64,000 nt of DNA from the NCBI GenBank assembly GCA_964621595.1, contig CAZUPO010000001.1, positions 142,758 to 206,757 of the forward strand. The letters run 5' to 3'. The first letter of the stretch is position 1. Each line of letters begins with the position of its first letter. The notes under the pieces were generated by a model that saw only the letters and a program-made list of their open reading frames with translations, was not told the DNA's origin and made no database searches. This stretch comes from an uncultured Candidatus Saccharibacteria bacterium. GTDB lineage: Bacteria; Patescibacteriota; Minisyncoccia; Phycocordibacterales; UBA5272. Shown one piece after another: positions 28,834 through 37,656 of the stretch. The position numbers and the translations under genes are program-made.

Positions 28834-30228
28834 CTATGCCAATTTTTCTTGAAGATAGACAGAGAGTTTTGCTATCTCGACACGCTCTTGCTTCATGGTG
28901 TCTCGGTCACGCACAGTTACCGCGTTATCGGTTAAAGTATCAAAATCAACAGTTACACAGTACGGTGTCCCTATTTCATCCTGTCGTCTGTAGCGCTTAC
29001 CAATTGACTGTGTTTCGTCGTATGATACTCGTGCAATCTTTCTAAGGGATGATGCTACGTCACGTGCTTTTGTTGATAGTTCTTCTTTTTTAGAAAGTGG
29101 AAGTACGGCGATTTGAATCGGAGCAATACTTGGCTTGAATTGTAAAACAGTACGTATGTCTCCTTCCCCTACAGTTTCTTCTTTATACGCACTAGAGAGT
29201 ACTGCCAAGAATGTTCTCTCAAGACCAACTGATGGCTCGATACAGTGTGGGATAAATCGTTCTTTTAGTTCTTCGTCAAAATACGAGAGATCTGTTTTAC
29301 TGTATTCACCGTGTTGCTTTAGATCAAAGTCGGTTCTATAAGCGAGTCCTGCGAGTTCTTTTTGACCAATTGGAAAGTCGAATTCGAAGTCGATAGTTCT
29401 TTTGCTATAGTGAGCACGATCACCGTCACCAATTTCTACTTCATGGATATTTTCTGCTGGAAGTCCAATAGAGGTCATCCACGATGTGAATTCCCTGCGT
29501 AACTCTTCGAAGACTTTCTCCCAATCACGTGGATTACAAAAATATTCTATTTCCATCTGACTCATTTCACGGAGACGAAAGATGAAATCTCGTGGAGCAA
29601 TTTCATTACGAAATGCTTTACCAATCTGGGCAAGACCAAAAGGAAGACGTGGGTGAAAGGTGTCGAGGACATTTTTGAAATTAACAAACATTCCCCCTGC
29701 CGTTTCTGGACGAAGATATGAGATAGAAGTCGGGTCTTCAGTTGCGCCAATTTGTGTTTTAAACATCATGTTAAACTGACGTACATTTCCGATTTTTCTT
29801 AGGATGCCCCCCTCAGGAGTTTCTAACATTCCCGCTGATACCAGTGATTGAATTTTTGAATTAAGTTCATCAAGAGTTAATCCTGTGGCGCTATGTCCGA
29901 TATGTTCAAGAAGGTGATCGGCTCTATATCTTTTTTTAGTTTCTAAATCCTCAACCAAGGGATCAGAGAATCCCGCCACATGCCCACTTGCTTCCCACGC
30001 TTTCGCGTTCATGAGGATGGCGGCGTCTATTCCGTACATGTCAGTACGATTGGTTACAAAATGCTTCCACCAACTTTCTTCGATATTTTTCTTGAGGACT
30101 ACACCAAGTGGACCATAATCAAACGTTCCTGCGAGTCCACCATAGATTTCACTGCCGGGGAAAATAAAACCCCTTCGCTTACATAAGGAAACTATTTTTT
30201 CCATGAGATTCTCTCGATTTTCTTGCAT
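28834..30228 (-). CDS. glyQS: glycyl-tRNA synthetase (dimeric class II type)
   Basis: 464 aa with class II motifs and a conserved GlyRS N-terminus (RRGFIFPGSEIYGGLAGTFDYGPLG). Confidence 0.95.
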   Translation of the reverse strand: MQENRENLMEKIVSLCKRRGFIFPGSEIYGGLAGTFDYGPLGVVLKKNIEESWWKHFVTNRTDMYGIDAAILMNAKAWEASGHVAGFSDPLVEDLETKKRYRADHLLEHIGHSATGLTLDELNSKIQSLVSAGMLETPEGGILRKIGNVRQFNMMFKTQIGATEDPTSISYLRPETAGGMFVNFKNVLDTFHPRLPFGLAQIGKAFRNEIAPRDFIFRLREMSQMEIEYFCNPRDWEKVFEELRREFTSWMTSIGLPAENIHEVEIGDGDRAHYSKRTIDFEFDFPIGQKELAGLAYRTDFDLKQHGEYSKTDLSYFDEELKERFIPHCIEPSVGLERTFLAVLSSAYKEETVGEGDIRTVLQFKPSIAPIQIAVLPLSKKEELSTKARDVASSLRKIARVSYDETQSIGKRYRRQDEIGTPYCVTVDFDTLTDNAVTVRDRDTMKQERVEIAKLSVYLQEKLA

Positions 30229-30245
30229 ACAAACTATTCTACACG

Positions 30246-30500
30246 TTAATACTGAAACATGCCACCTAAGACACTGTTAAACATCTTTAGTATTCCACCA
30301 ACTGAGAAAATGATGAACAGTCCAACGAGTCCCCACAAGAGATGGCTCTTGCCTTCGTTTTTCTTCGTTGGATCATTGAAGTTATAAATAAACATCATCA
30401 CGCCATACAAAAAGTACACGAACGAACAAACAACGGCCAACTTGTAGAGCGGGCTAAAGAATTCGCGAATAACTGCTTGAAGAATTTGATCACCTGACAT
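30246..30500 (-). CDS. small membrane protein (84 aa, 2 TM), hypothetical
   Basis: Two hydrophobic helices separated by NFNDPTKKNEGKSH; first gene of a run of secreted or membrane proteins. Confidence 0.5.
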   Translation of the reverse strand: MSGDQILQAVIREFFSPLYKLAVVCSFVYFLYGVMMFIYNFNDPTKKNEGKSHLLWGLVGLFIIFSVGGILKMFNSVLGGMFQY

Positions 30501-30601
30501 AGTACTTACAAGTATACATGAAATCTGTCTCCGGGCACTCTGGAAAACAAAATCCCCCTCTGGGGAGATTTTGTTTTTATGAAATACGTTTAACTACGCG
30601 T

Positions 30602-31066
30602 TTATTGAAGCACTGGAACCGAAGGGATTGGAACTGATCCACCTTGTGATACACCTAAAATATTACCCATGAGAGCAATAATTCCCCAGATGGAAACCAT
30701 TACGAAGATAGCGAGTATAGAGTACCCCATACCTTTTAAGTTTGCAGACTTTCCTTCAGCACTTTGTCCTCCAACGAGTATGAATCGAACAAGGTAGAAG
30801 AAGAATGCCAGGACGGCGATCGTAACAGTAATAGGAACGAGAGCTCCGATGATACGACTGATAAGACCAAGGAGATTCATGAGAGGTCCTCCATTTACTT
30901 GTCCAACAGTACCAAAGATTCCTCCGAATCCACTTGTTCCGGCACCGATAGTAACAGGTGTACCGTTAACTGTTCCCGTAACACTTCCACCAGTAATGTT
31001 AATTTGTGCTGCAGCCATCATAACACTGGTGAGTGCAACGGATGCGATAGTTAAAACTTTTTTCAT
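30602..31066 (-). CDS. secreted membrane protein with VirB2/TrbC-like topology (signal peptide plus TM hairpin), hypothetical
   Basis: Start MKKVLTIASVALTSVMMAAAQ (signal peptide), then a Gly/Thr-rich segment, then two TM helices separated by a short loop (VGGQSAEGKSANLKGMG). The track ORF is 30602..31129. Confidence 0.5.
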   Translation of the reverse strand: MKKVLTIASVALTSVMMAAAQINITGGSVTGTVNGTPVTIGAGTSGFGGIFGTVGQVNGGPLMNLLGLISRIIGALVPITVTIAVLAFFFYLVRFILVGGQSAEGKSANLKGMGYSILAIFVMVSIWGIIALMGNILGVSQGGSVPIPSVPVLQ

Positions 31067-31182
31067 ATATTTTGTGTATACACCAAGTATACCTCCCCCA
31101 CCCCACATTGCAAGAGAATATATAAACAATAGGAATTTAGTGAGTGCATCTGTAACAAATGCTTAGTATAGAAATGATAAAG

Positions 31183-31262
31183 GGGGGTTCGTTGGCTCTC
31201 GTCGCAGGTCGCGACGCAAGGTGCGTAACGAGATGCGAGAGAGGACGAACCCCCCTCTTTTT
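31183..31262. terminator. long GC hairpin (GGGGGGTTCGT...ACGAACCCCCC) with flanking A- and T-runs
   Basis: 11-bp outer stem with nested inner stems and CTCTTTTT on the + side. It sits downstream, in minus-strand sense, of the GC-rich gene 31308-31526. Confidence 0.5.
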
Positions 31263-31307
31263 AACGTCGCGTGGACGTGGCAGCCTTTCCCTGCCAATTA
31301 TTGTTGA

Positions 31308-31526
31308 TTAGGAGTTCTTGGCCGCAAGAATTGCAATCGCAATCACCGCCATGAATCCCAGGAATATCCCGCCGTTGGACTGCAGGGCAAAAGCAATATC
31401 CCTGATCCAGGAGGCAAGGACACCTCCGACGTTGTACGTCACGAGGACCAGGATGATCACGACCGCGATCACTGCTTTCAGCCACCCTGGCGTACCACTG
31501 CCGTGGCCGTGAGCGTCACCGCTCAT
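31308..31526 (-). CDS. small GC-rich membrane protein (72 aa, 2 TM), hypothetical
   Basis: Product MSGDAHGHGSGTPGWLKAVIAVVIILVLVTYNV...; GC3-rich; AAGGTAGG-like ribosome-binding site. Confidence 0.45.
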   Translation of the reverse strand: MSGDAHGHGSGTPGWLKAVIAVVIILVLVTYNVGGVLASWIRDIAFALQSNGGIFLGFMAVIAIAILAAKNS

Positions 31527-31554
31527 AAAAAACCTACCTTTCCCGGACCACTGA

Positions 31555-32490
31555 TTAGGCCCGTTTTGCGACGATCACAACCCGACTCCCAGGGGAGACG
31601 AGCACCTGATTGAAGCGCGGGAAGTCACGCCCGGCCTCGTGGGCATAATGCCCGTCCTGCTTCAGCAACCTCGCACAGTTATCCGGCGAGGTCTTGCTAT
31701 CGCACACCGGATTCAGCCACCTCGCACAGTTATCCGGCGAGGTCTTGCTATCGCACATCGGAGCAGCATGTTTCAGCTGCCCTTCCTCCACCTTGAGCAC
31801 AACCAGGGTGTAGGAGCCTTTTTGCGCAACTACGCGCTCGAGGCCGTACATCGTGTTGACGCCGCCGATCACGCTGGACGGCTTGCTGAAGTCCCCATCC
31901 ACGTCATCGAAGATGTAGCAGTCGCCCGGGGCAAGTCGATAGACGTTCTTCGTCTTGACCAGAACGCAGCGATCGTACTCATTGGCACCCGGAGACGGCG
32001 TTGCGGTGAGTGCGCTAACGGAAGGAGCTGCTGTGGGTTGTCCACCCCTCAGAATCTGGAGACGTTTGGTCTCCTCTCTTGAGAGGTCAACAACCTTTCG
32101 CGCCTCGGTATCTACCAGCAGCAATTGCTGGCGAAGCGGCTGCATGTCGGTCGTGTAATACTGGTATGCACCAATGGCACACACCGACGCAACGACCGCA
32201 AGTGCGAAGTTGACTAGCCACTTCATGTTTCCACCTCCTTCTGCGCCGGTGCTGCCGGAGTCTTTTCCGTCATTGTTCTTGCCCCCGCGATCCCCCCCGC
32301 TATCACCCTTCTTCTTTTTTTTCTTCTGCTTGTTGTCGTCCGTGGACTTGTTGTCTCCGGACGTGGGGGTGCCGGAACCTGTGGGAGACTGTTCACCGCC
32401 CTGGGCAATGGGCGGATTGACCCCGAGGCGAGCATACAACTTGCGCTCGACCTCTTTGGCCGTATCTGCTTTTCTTGTTTTGGCCGCCAT
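31555..32490 (-). CDS. GC-rich membrane-anchored hypothetical protein with an internal tandem repeat
   Basis: 311 aa with a Lys/Gly/Asp-rich disordered N-terminus (includes KKKKKK), one TM (MKWLVNFALAVVASVCAIGAYQYY), a C-terminal domain and a 17-aa direct repeat (P(M/V)CDSKTSPDNCAR x2). Confidence 0.5.
   Translation of the reverse strand: MAAKTRKADTAKEVERKLYARLGVNPPIAQGGEQSPTGSGTPTSGDNKSTDDNKQKKKKKKGDSGGDRGGKNNDGKDSGSTGAEGGGNMKWLVNFALAVVASVCAIGAYQYYTTDMQPLRQQLLLVDTEARKVVDLSREETKRLQILRGGQPTAAPSVSALTATPSPGANEYDRCVLVKTKNVYRLAPGDCYIFDDVDGDFSKPSSVIGGVNTMYGLERVVAQKGSYTLVVLKVEEGQLKHAAPMCDSKTSPDNCARWLNPVCDSKTSPDNCARLLKQDGHYAHEAGRDFPRFNQVLVSPGSRVVIVAKRA
31663..31764. repeat. 51-bp perfect-to-near-perfect tandem duplication inside the 31555-32490 gene
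   Basis: CAGC(A/C)ACCTCGCACAGTTATCCGGCGAGGTCTTGCTATCGCACA occurs twice, 51 nt apart. Confidence 0.8.
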
Positions 32491-32641
32491 GGCCGCGATC
32501 TCCTTATTATTGAACGAACTTGCAATTTTATAATGGATTCTTCACCCATCTTCGGATCTTATACTACATATAACAAACAACTATGTCAAGAAATTGAATA
32601 CTGACCTCCACAAAGATCTCTGTACCCACCACTAAACCATC

Positions 32642-33295
32642 TTAGAAGTCAGAGCCCGTTCTCTCAACACACAACTGATTGGCACAATACCCATCTTTTC
32701 CTGATGTAGTCTTACATGTAGTTGTATCTGCCTTTCCAGTACAAGCATCTCCTGCGGGCAGATTGGCCTTCATAACACACTGTCCACTCTTACATACACC
32801 TGTCTGTCCAGCACAAGCAGCACCATCACCCATAAGGTTACAATTCTCAACCCCACTACTTGCCGCCCCTCCTGTAGGATTACTTCCTCCCCCTCTGAAC
32901 TGAATGTCTGGAATAATGATGGAGGATGTGTCTTGCTTATTCAAAATTGTTTGTTGAGCAAACTTGATGATTCCATAGACGGAGAACATAACAAAAAGCG
33001 CAAGGAGGCTCCAACTCATGAAATCATTTCCGACGTTTACTTTCCCTGAGTCACCGTTGCGCTTACCCCAAATGTACTGAACAATACCCCAGAAAAATGC
33101 AAGCATAGCAAGAGACATGAGCATCTTTGCAGCATTTTTTATGACACTATTGGTAAAAGTTTCTACAAGAAGACCTAGGTTGGAGATCCCCTGCTGCGCA
33201 TCCACTGAACTTCCTTGTGCAAGGGCATACGAAAGTGAACCAACTGCAAGAATTGTTGTTGCCAGGACAATCTTAGTACGTGTTTGTGTAGTCAT
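32642..33295 (-). CDS. secreted membrane protein with VirB2/TrbC-like N-terminal module plus a Cys-rich C-terminal domain, hypothetical
   Basis: Signal peptide (…LSYALAQG), TM hairpin (two helices separated by GKRNGDSGKVNVGNDF), then about 90 aa containing 10 Cys (CNLMGDGAACAGQTGVCKSGQC...). Confidence 0.5.
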   Translation of the reverse strand: MTTQTRTKIVLATTILAVGSLSYALAQGSSVDAQQGISNLGLLVETFTNSVIKNAAKMLMSLAMLAFFWGIVQYIWGKRNGDSGKVNVGNDFMSWSLLALFVMFSVYGIIKFAQQTILNKQDTSSIIIPDIQFRGGGSNPTGGAASSGVENCNLMGDGAACAGQTGVCKSGQCVMKANLPAGDACTGKADTTTCKTTSGKDGYCANQLCVERTGSDF

Positions 33296-33386
33296 AATCT
33301 ATGTGTAGTTTCTAATACTCCAAAGTGTACACCAGCGGAGCCAAGAGCGCTACTTGGTAATCCAGAGGTAATAGTACTCAAAACAA

Positions 33387-34364
33387 CTACGGTGTATACT
33401 CTCCGCCTGATCCATACAACATGGTACTTCCGTCAGCACCAGAATCTTGTGATGCTGGAGTGGTCTGCGTACTTGGAGACTGTGTCGTTGGTGCCGGGGA
33501 TGCGGCGGGTGCAATGCGAGAGGGTTGAGTGCCCGAAGGGGTCGGTGTAGTTGTCGCTGGTTGCGTGGTTGCGGTCGGAGTGCCTGGGGTTCCAGGTGTT
33601 GTCCTGCTTGAAGGCGCGGATGAAGATTGTGTTGGTGTTGGGAATATTTTATTAGCGGTTCCTCGTGCTGCCAACAAAAATCCCTGTGCCAAAAATACGA
33701 TAAAGGATGTCGCTATTGCTTTTACTAAGAGACTCTTTGCCTTGGTGAGAGCATCTGGCTTTCCCTGTGCCGCAACAAAGAGGAAACCAGTCCAGACCCA
33801 CATGAGAATAATCCCCGGGTACACAATAAATAATATAATGAGCCTGACAAAATCAAGCATGAGATCATACAAACTCCCAGCCTTTAAAAAATTCGGTAAC
33901 TCTTGCGCCGAGGCCTGGGTGATAGGTATGAATTGGAGAGAAAGAGATTTGAGTAATTCTAGAGGTTCTGCCTTCACACCGAAGTATTGCAAGACGGTAA
34001 GGAGCATGCCACTCAAAACTAATACAATCACCAAAAAATAAATAACCGCGTCCATACTTTTCTTGCGCGCTTCTTTATACGCACTAGCATTCCCTTCCTT
34101 TGCTGCAAACCATGCAGCAGTAAAACGCCACAATATAACAAGAACAAGCCATGGGATACCAATCCCAACGATAATTTTCCCTGCGCCTTGTATCAAACTA
34201 CGAAAGTGTCCAAGATTACATTCTGTGGCAACGGTTGCACCACAGAGACTATCTCCTGAAATAGACCCGCCCGCCTGAGCAAACGCATGTGGAGCAACAA
34301 CAATGAAAAGAGAGATAATAAGAGCACTGAGACCTCCTGTAATGATACTGTACTTTAATTTCAT
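33387..34364 (-). CDS. secreted polytopic membrane protein (VirB6/TrbL-like topology?) with a Pro/Thr-rich tail, hypothetical
   Basis: Start MKLKYSIITGGLSALIISLFIVVAPHAFAQ (signal peptide), at least 4 TM helices, and a C-terminal PT-rich low-complexity region. The track ORF is 33387..34427. Confidence 0.45.
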   Translation of the reverse strand: MKLKYSIITGGLSALIISLFIVVAPHAFAQAGGSISGDSLCGATVATECNLGHFRSLIQGAGKIIVGIGIPWLVLVILWRFTAAWFAAKEGNASAYKEARKKSMDAVIYFLVIVLVLSGMLLTVLQYFGVKAEPLELLKSLSLQFIPITQASAQELPNFLKAGSLYDLMLDFVRLIILFIVYPGIILMWVWTGFLFVAAQGKPDALTKAKSLLVKAIATSFIVFLAQGFLLAARGTANKIFPTPTQSSSAPSSRTTPGTPGTPTATTQPATTTPTPSGTQPSRIAPAASPAPTTQSPSTQTTPASQDSGADGSTMLYGSGGEYTP

Positions 34365-34374
34365 ACTATAACTA

Positions 34375-35679
34375 TTACCGACCAGTATATAGATCCTGAA
34401 GCCTTGAGACAAATATAGTGACGGCATCTGTCAGGTCTTGGCGATTCGCAAGGACATCGGCGATCATAGTACTCACACGACCATCGGACTCTCTGTAAAA
34501 ATTATCGTACCACCCACGAGCAACCAACATACTTCTAGCAAGGACTGGATCAAGACCCGGTGTCGCAGCGAACTGTCGTGACGCAGGTAGGGCACCAATA
34601 CTTGTAGCGAGTGCTTGAGCGATCACACCACTTCCGAATTGCGATTGCACAGTGAGCGCAGTCAGGGGGTTCTTCGTTGAAGAGAGTGTGGCAATTGCGG
34701 TTAACTTCATACCAGTTGCGAGTGTGTTGTATCCTCGTGTCTGAGGAAACATGGTCATAGAAATATCTGCTCGAGGATTTTCTGATCGTAATACTTGCAA
34801 ATCACCTGAATATCCTATGTACATCGCCAACTTCTCTGCCAAAAACTGATCGCGTGCATTCCCTGAATACTGATTCCAAGAATACGCCTTTTGGTTCGGA
34901 TCGCCGAATTGAACAAAGAAACGTACGGCAGAAGAAAGTGGGTTCACTCCCCCATCGGCAACCGGATCATTTGCTATCACAGAGTAATAAGGCTCTCCGG
35001 AGGCATTATACTGACGTACGACAGGAGTCTGACCAAGTTGTCCGACAATTGCCATGAGAATATCTTTTGTAAACGGCACAGTAGGGCTCCCAAGAGCAAT
35101 AGCAGAAGTAAGGAATTTTCCCCGAGAATCAAGAGATGTGAGGATTGGTGCATAGGAAGCAACTTCATCCCAGTACATCGGAGGATTGACAACTCCTTTT
35201 TGTGAGAAAAGTGTTCGGTTGTAAAAAAGAACAAGTGGCTCTACAGAAATCGGGAGAGCAAGTGCTCCTCGAGGAGTGAAGAGGACATTTGCTCCGTCAA
35301 TATAAGTATCCTTATACAACTTTTCTGAGATGGAAGCAACCGGGAACGGATAGATTCTACTTTGTTGTGAAAGAATAATTTGATACGGCGCGAGAATAAG
35401 ATCCGGACCCTTACCACTTGCGAGAGCCTCCAGGAGACGCTGCTCGAACCCTTCTTCACGAACTTCTTTATAGGTCACTCGATAATCCTTCGTCGTAGCA
35501 TTAAATTCCTGTACAAGGTCATTACCAACACTTTCTGGATACGTACCCCACAGAACGACTTCACCTTGCGGTAAATCTTTCTTATTCCCAATTGGAATCT
35601 TTCCAGAAAAAATGAGAACCGCGAACACAGTAGCAACTATCCCAAGACCAAGAAGTATCGTGCGGAGCGGTAAATTCAT
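34375..35679 (-). CDS. extracellular solute-binding protein, family 1 (ABC-type sugar-binding-like), membrane anchored
   Basis: N-terminal TM, then SBP_bac_1-like sequence (GKGPDLILAPYQ...); no adjacent permease or ATPase. Confidence 0.6.
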   Translation of the reverse strand: MNLPLRTILLGLGIVATVFAVLIFSGKIPIGNKKDLPQGEVVLWGTYPESVGNDLVQEFNATTKDYRVTYKEVREEGFEQRLLEALASGKGPDLILAPYQIILSQQSRIYPFPVASISEKLYKDTYIDGANVLFTPRGALALPISVEPLVLFYNRTLFSQKGVVNPPMYWDEVASYAPILTSLDSRGKFLTSAIALGSPTVPFTKDILMAIVGQLGQTPVVRQYNASGEPYYSVIANDPVADGGVNPLSSAVRFFVQFGDPNQKAYSWNQYSGNARDQFLAEKLAMYIGYSGDLQVLRSENPRADISMTMFPQTRGYNTLATGMKLTAIATLSSTKNPLTALTVQSQFGSGVIAQALATSIGALPASRQFAATPGLDPVLARSMLVARGWYDNFYRESDGRVSTMIADVLANRQDLTDAVTIFVSRLQDLYTGR

Positions 35680-35792
35680 ATAGATCCCCTTAGTGTATAA
35701 AGAATACTCGTCTCGTGCTAGTGGAAAAGGTTATAAATAACAACCTCCCTAGAGAGTTGGGTGCTTAAAGTCTTCAGGGGCACACAATCGAA

Positions 35793-36317
35793 CTACTTAG
35801 AAATCGCAATGAAAGCATAGTGATAGTCTCCAGCAGGAAGATGCTTGAGAATCCGAAAACCATGTTTCTGCACAAGTTGTTCTGCGTAATTCTGGTCGAT
35901 TACGTGATCTTCATGAGGCCCAATACCTCCGTGAGATTCTGACCATTCAATAACAAGCAATTGACCCTCTGGTTTGAGACATTTCTCGATATGTTCCATT
36001 GCTTGATTTGGATTTCCTAGTTGAAACAAAACATTAGAAAGGACAATAGCATCAAGACTATATGCATCGATTGGAATGTATCGCTCTATATCAGCCCAAA
36101 GAATATCCACATTTTGTAATTTTTGCCGCTCGAGAGCGCCAGCAAGGGTGTGCAACATCTCTCTATGGACATCTACAGCAAAGACTTGTCCAACCTCTCC
36201 CACTTCATGAGCAAGTGCGATAGTGTACGCTCCTCCACCACAACCAATATCTGCCACCCTGTCCCCTGGACGAAGATATAATTCCCGCACTAGTTGTTCT
36301 GGAGTAAGAAATGCCAT
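35793..36317 (-). CDS. class I SAM-dependent methyltransferase
   Basis: Motif I DIGCGGGAYT and downstream motifs; 174 aa. Confidence 0.8.
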   Translation of the reverse strand: MAFLTPEQLVRELYLRPGDRVADIGCGGGAYTIALAHEVGEVGQVFAVDVHREMLHTLAGALERQKLQNVDILWADIERYIPIDAYSLDAIVLSNVLFQLGNPNQAMEHIEKCLKPEGQLLVIEWSESHGGIGPHEDHVIDQNYAEQLVQKHGFRILKHLPAGDYHYAFIAISK

Positions 36318-36392
36318 TGTGAATTCATCTCAGTATAACTGCCACAGTAGTGCGGTGCTAGTGGATATACCTTTCATGGTAGACTACTGTTT

Positions 36393-37157
36393 ATGTTATA
36401 TCTCTTCACTATTAGTGTGTCGATCGTCGTACTCACTATCCTAGAACACTATTTCCCAGCACAGCAAGAACAAACTCTCCGAGGTAAATTCCGTAACATC
36501 ATATACATACTCATCTATATTGTGGTTGGTATGTACATTACAAAAATTGTTATCCAACGATTTACTGGACTACCGACTCCACTTACAATGAGTGCATTTA
36601 TTCCAACAGCGATTGGAACATTTTGTTCGATTCTTGTTGGGGATTTTATTTTTTATTGGTACCACCGAGCACAACATTCGTTTCCTTTTCTCTGGTCGAT
36701 TCACGAGTTGCACCACGCGGACACAGAATTAAATGCCACCACCTCTCTACGTACATACTTTCTTGAAAACATTCTCCAGACAATTATTATTGCGTTCCCC
36801 CTCATATATATATTTGGAAACTCGCGTGATGTTGTTGTGCTCACAGTCATCTTAACCACACTACTATTCTTTACTCATGCAAATCTGCGTTTATCCATGG
36901 GAATATTCACAAAAGTCCTTACTGGTCCTCAACTTCACCGAATACATCACTCTATAGAAAAACAACATCAGGATAAAAACTTTGCTCAGTTCTTCCCGCT
37001 ATTTGATATTCTCTTTGGCACATACTACCACCCACATAAAGACGAATTTCCAAAAACAGGCGCACCACATTTACGGAGCGACGCGCCGATTACAGAGACA
37101 CTACTGCGACCCTGGAATCAATTACTCGGGAAACTTATGGGGGATCGAGTGGAGTAA
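36393..37157 (+). CDS. fatty acid hydroxylase / sterol desaturase superfamily membrane protein
   Basis: Three His boxes (HRAQHS, HELHHAD, HRIHHS) and 4 TM helices. Confidence 0.75.
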   Translation: MLYLFTISVSIVVLTILEHYFPAQQEQTLRGKFRNIIYILIYIVVGMYITKIVIQRFTGLPTPLTMSAFIPTAIGTFCSILVGDFIFYWYHRAQHSFPFLWSIHELHHADTELNATTSLRTYFLENILQTIIIAFPLIYIFGNSRDVVVLTVILTTLLFFTHANLRLSMGIFTKVLTGPQLHRIHHSIEKQHQDKNFAQFFPLFDILFGTYYHPHKDEFPKTGAPHLRSDAPITETLLRPWNQLLGKLMGDRVE

Positions 37158-37196
37158 CAAACAGGCTTTCCACCTATCACTAAGCCAATTTGTTAC

Positions 37197-37595
37197 TTAT
37201 AGCGTATGTTCTTGTGAACCTTGACGTCGCTGCAAAAATTGCCGTGCAGTAAGCATGTCTTGAATTATTTGAATACATTGTTTGTAAAACTCAACCTCCG
37301 GGAGAATGTTATTATTCTCTGCTACGTATCGTTTAAAGGCTTCAAGTTTTTCCGAATTCCCGTTTTCATCATAGTCCCAAGATGCATCGATTGTAAACGG
37401 GGATCCATCCTCTTGTACTCCGAGCACTCGATCACCGACCTTAACTTCTGTCACCTCGGCAATCCTCTGTAGGCCCTCCACATCACCTTGAGCGATGAGG
37501 GACTCGACTTTTTTCTCGCCTAGAGAAATGACATTTTCTGGTGCTGCTGAAAAACTTCTATCTTCTGGTCTGTCTTGTGGTTGTGCTCCAAACAT
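37197..37595 (-). CDS. hypothetical protein
   Basis: 132-aa acidic soluble protein with no recognisable motif. Host-like codon usage. Confidence 0.4.
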   Translation of the reverse strand: MFGAQPQDRPEDRSFSAAPENVISLGEKKVESLIAQGDVEGLQRIAEVTEVKVGDRVLGVQEDGSPFTIDASWDYDENGNSEKLEAFKRYVAENNNILPEVEFYKQCIQIIQDMLTARQFLQRRQGSQEHTL

Positions 37596-37656
37596 ATGAT
37601 GTAACTTTTTAGTTGATAGTCTTTACTAAAGTATACACTATACACCCCCAACACGC

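Noticed and set aside
32223-32549. 108-aa ORF overlapping the 5' part of the 31555-32490 gene in another frame.
   Set aside because: It is an alternative frame of a GC-rich gene, with a basic low-complexity translation and no ribosome-binding site.
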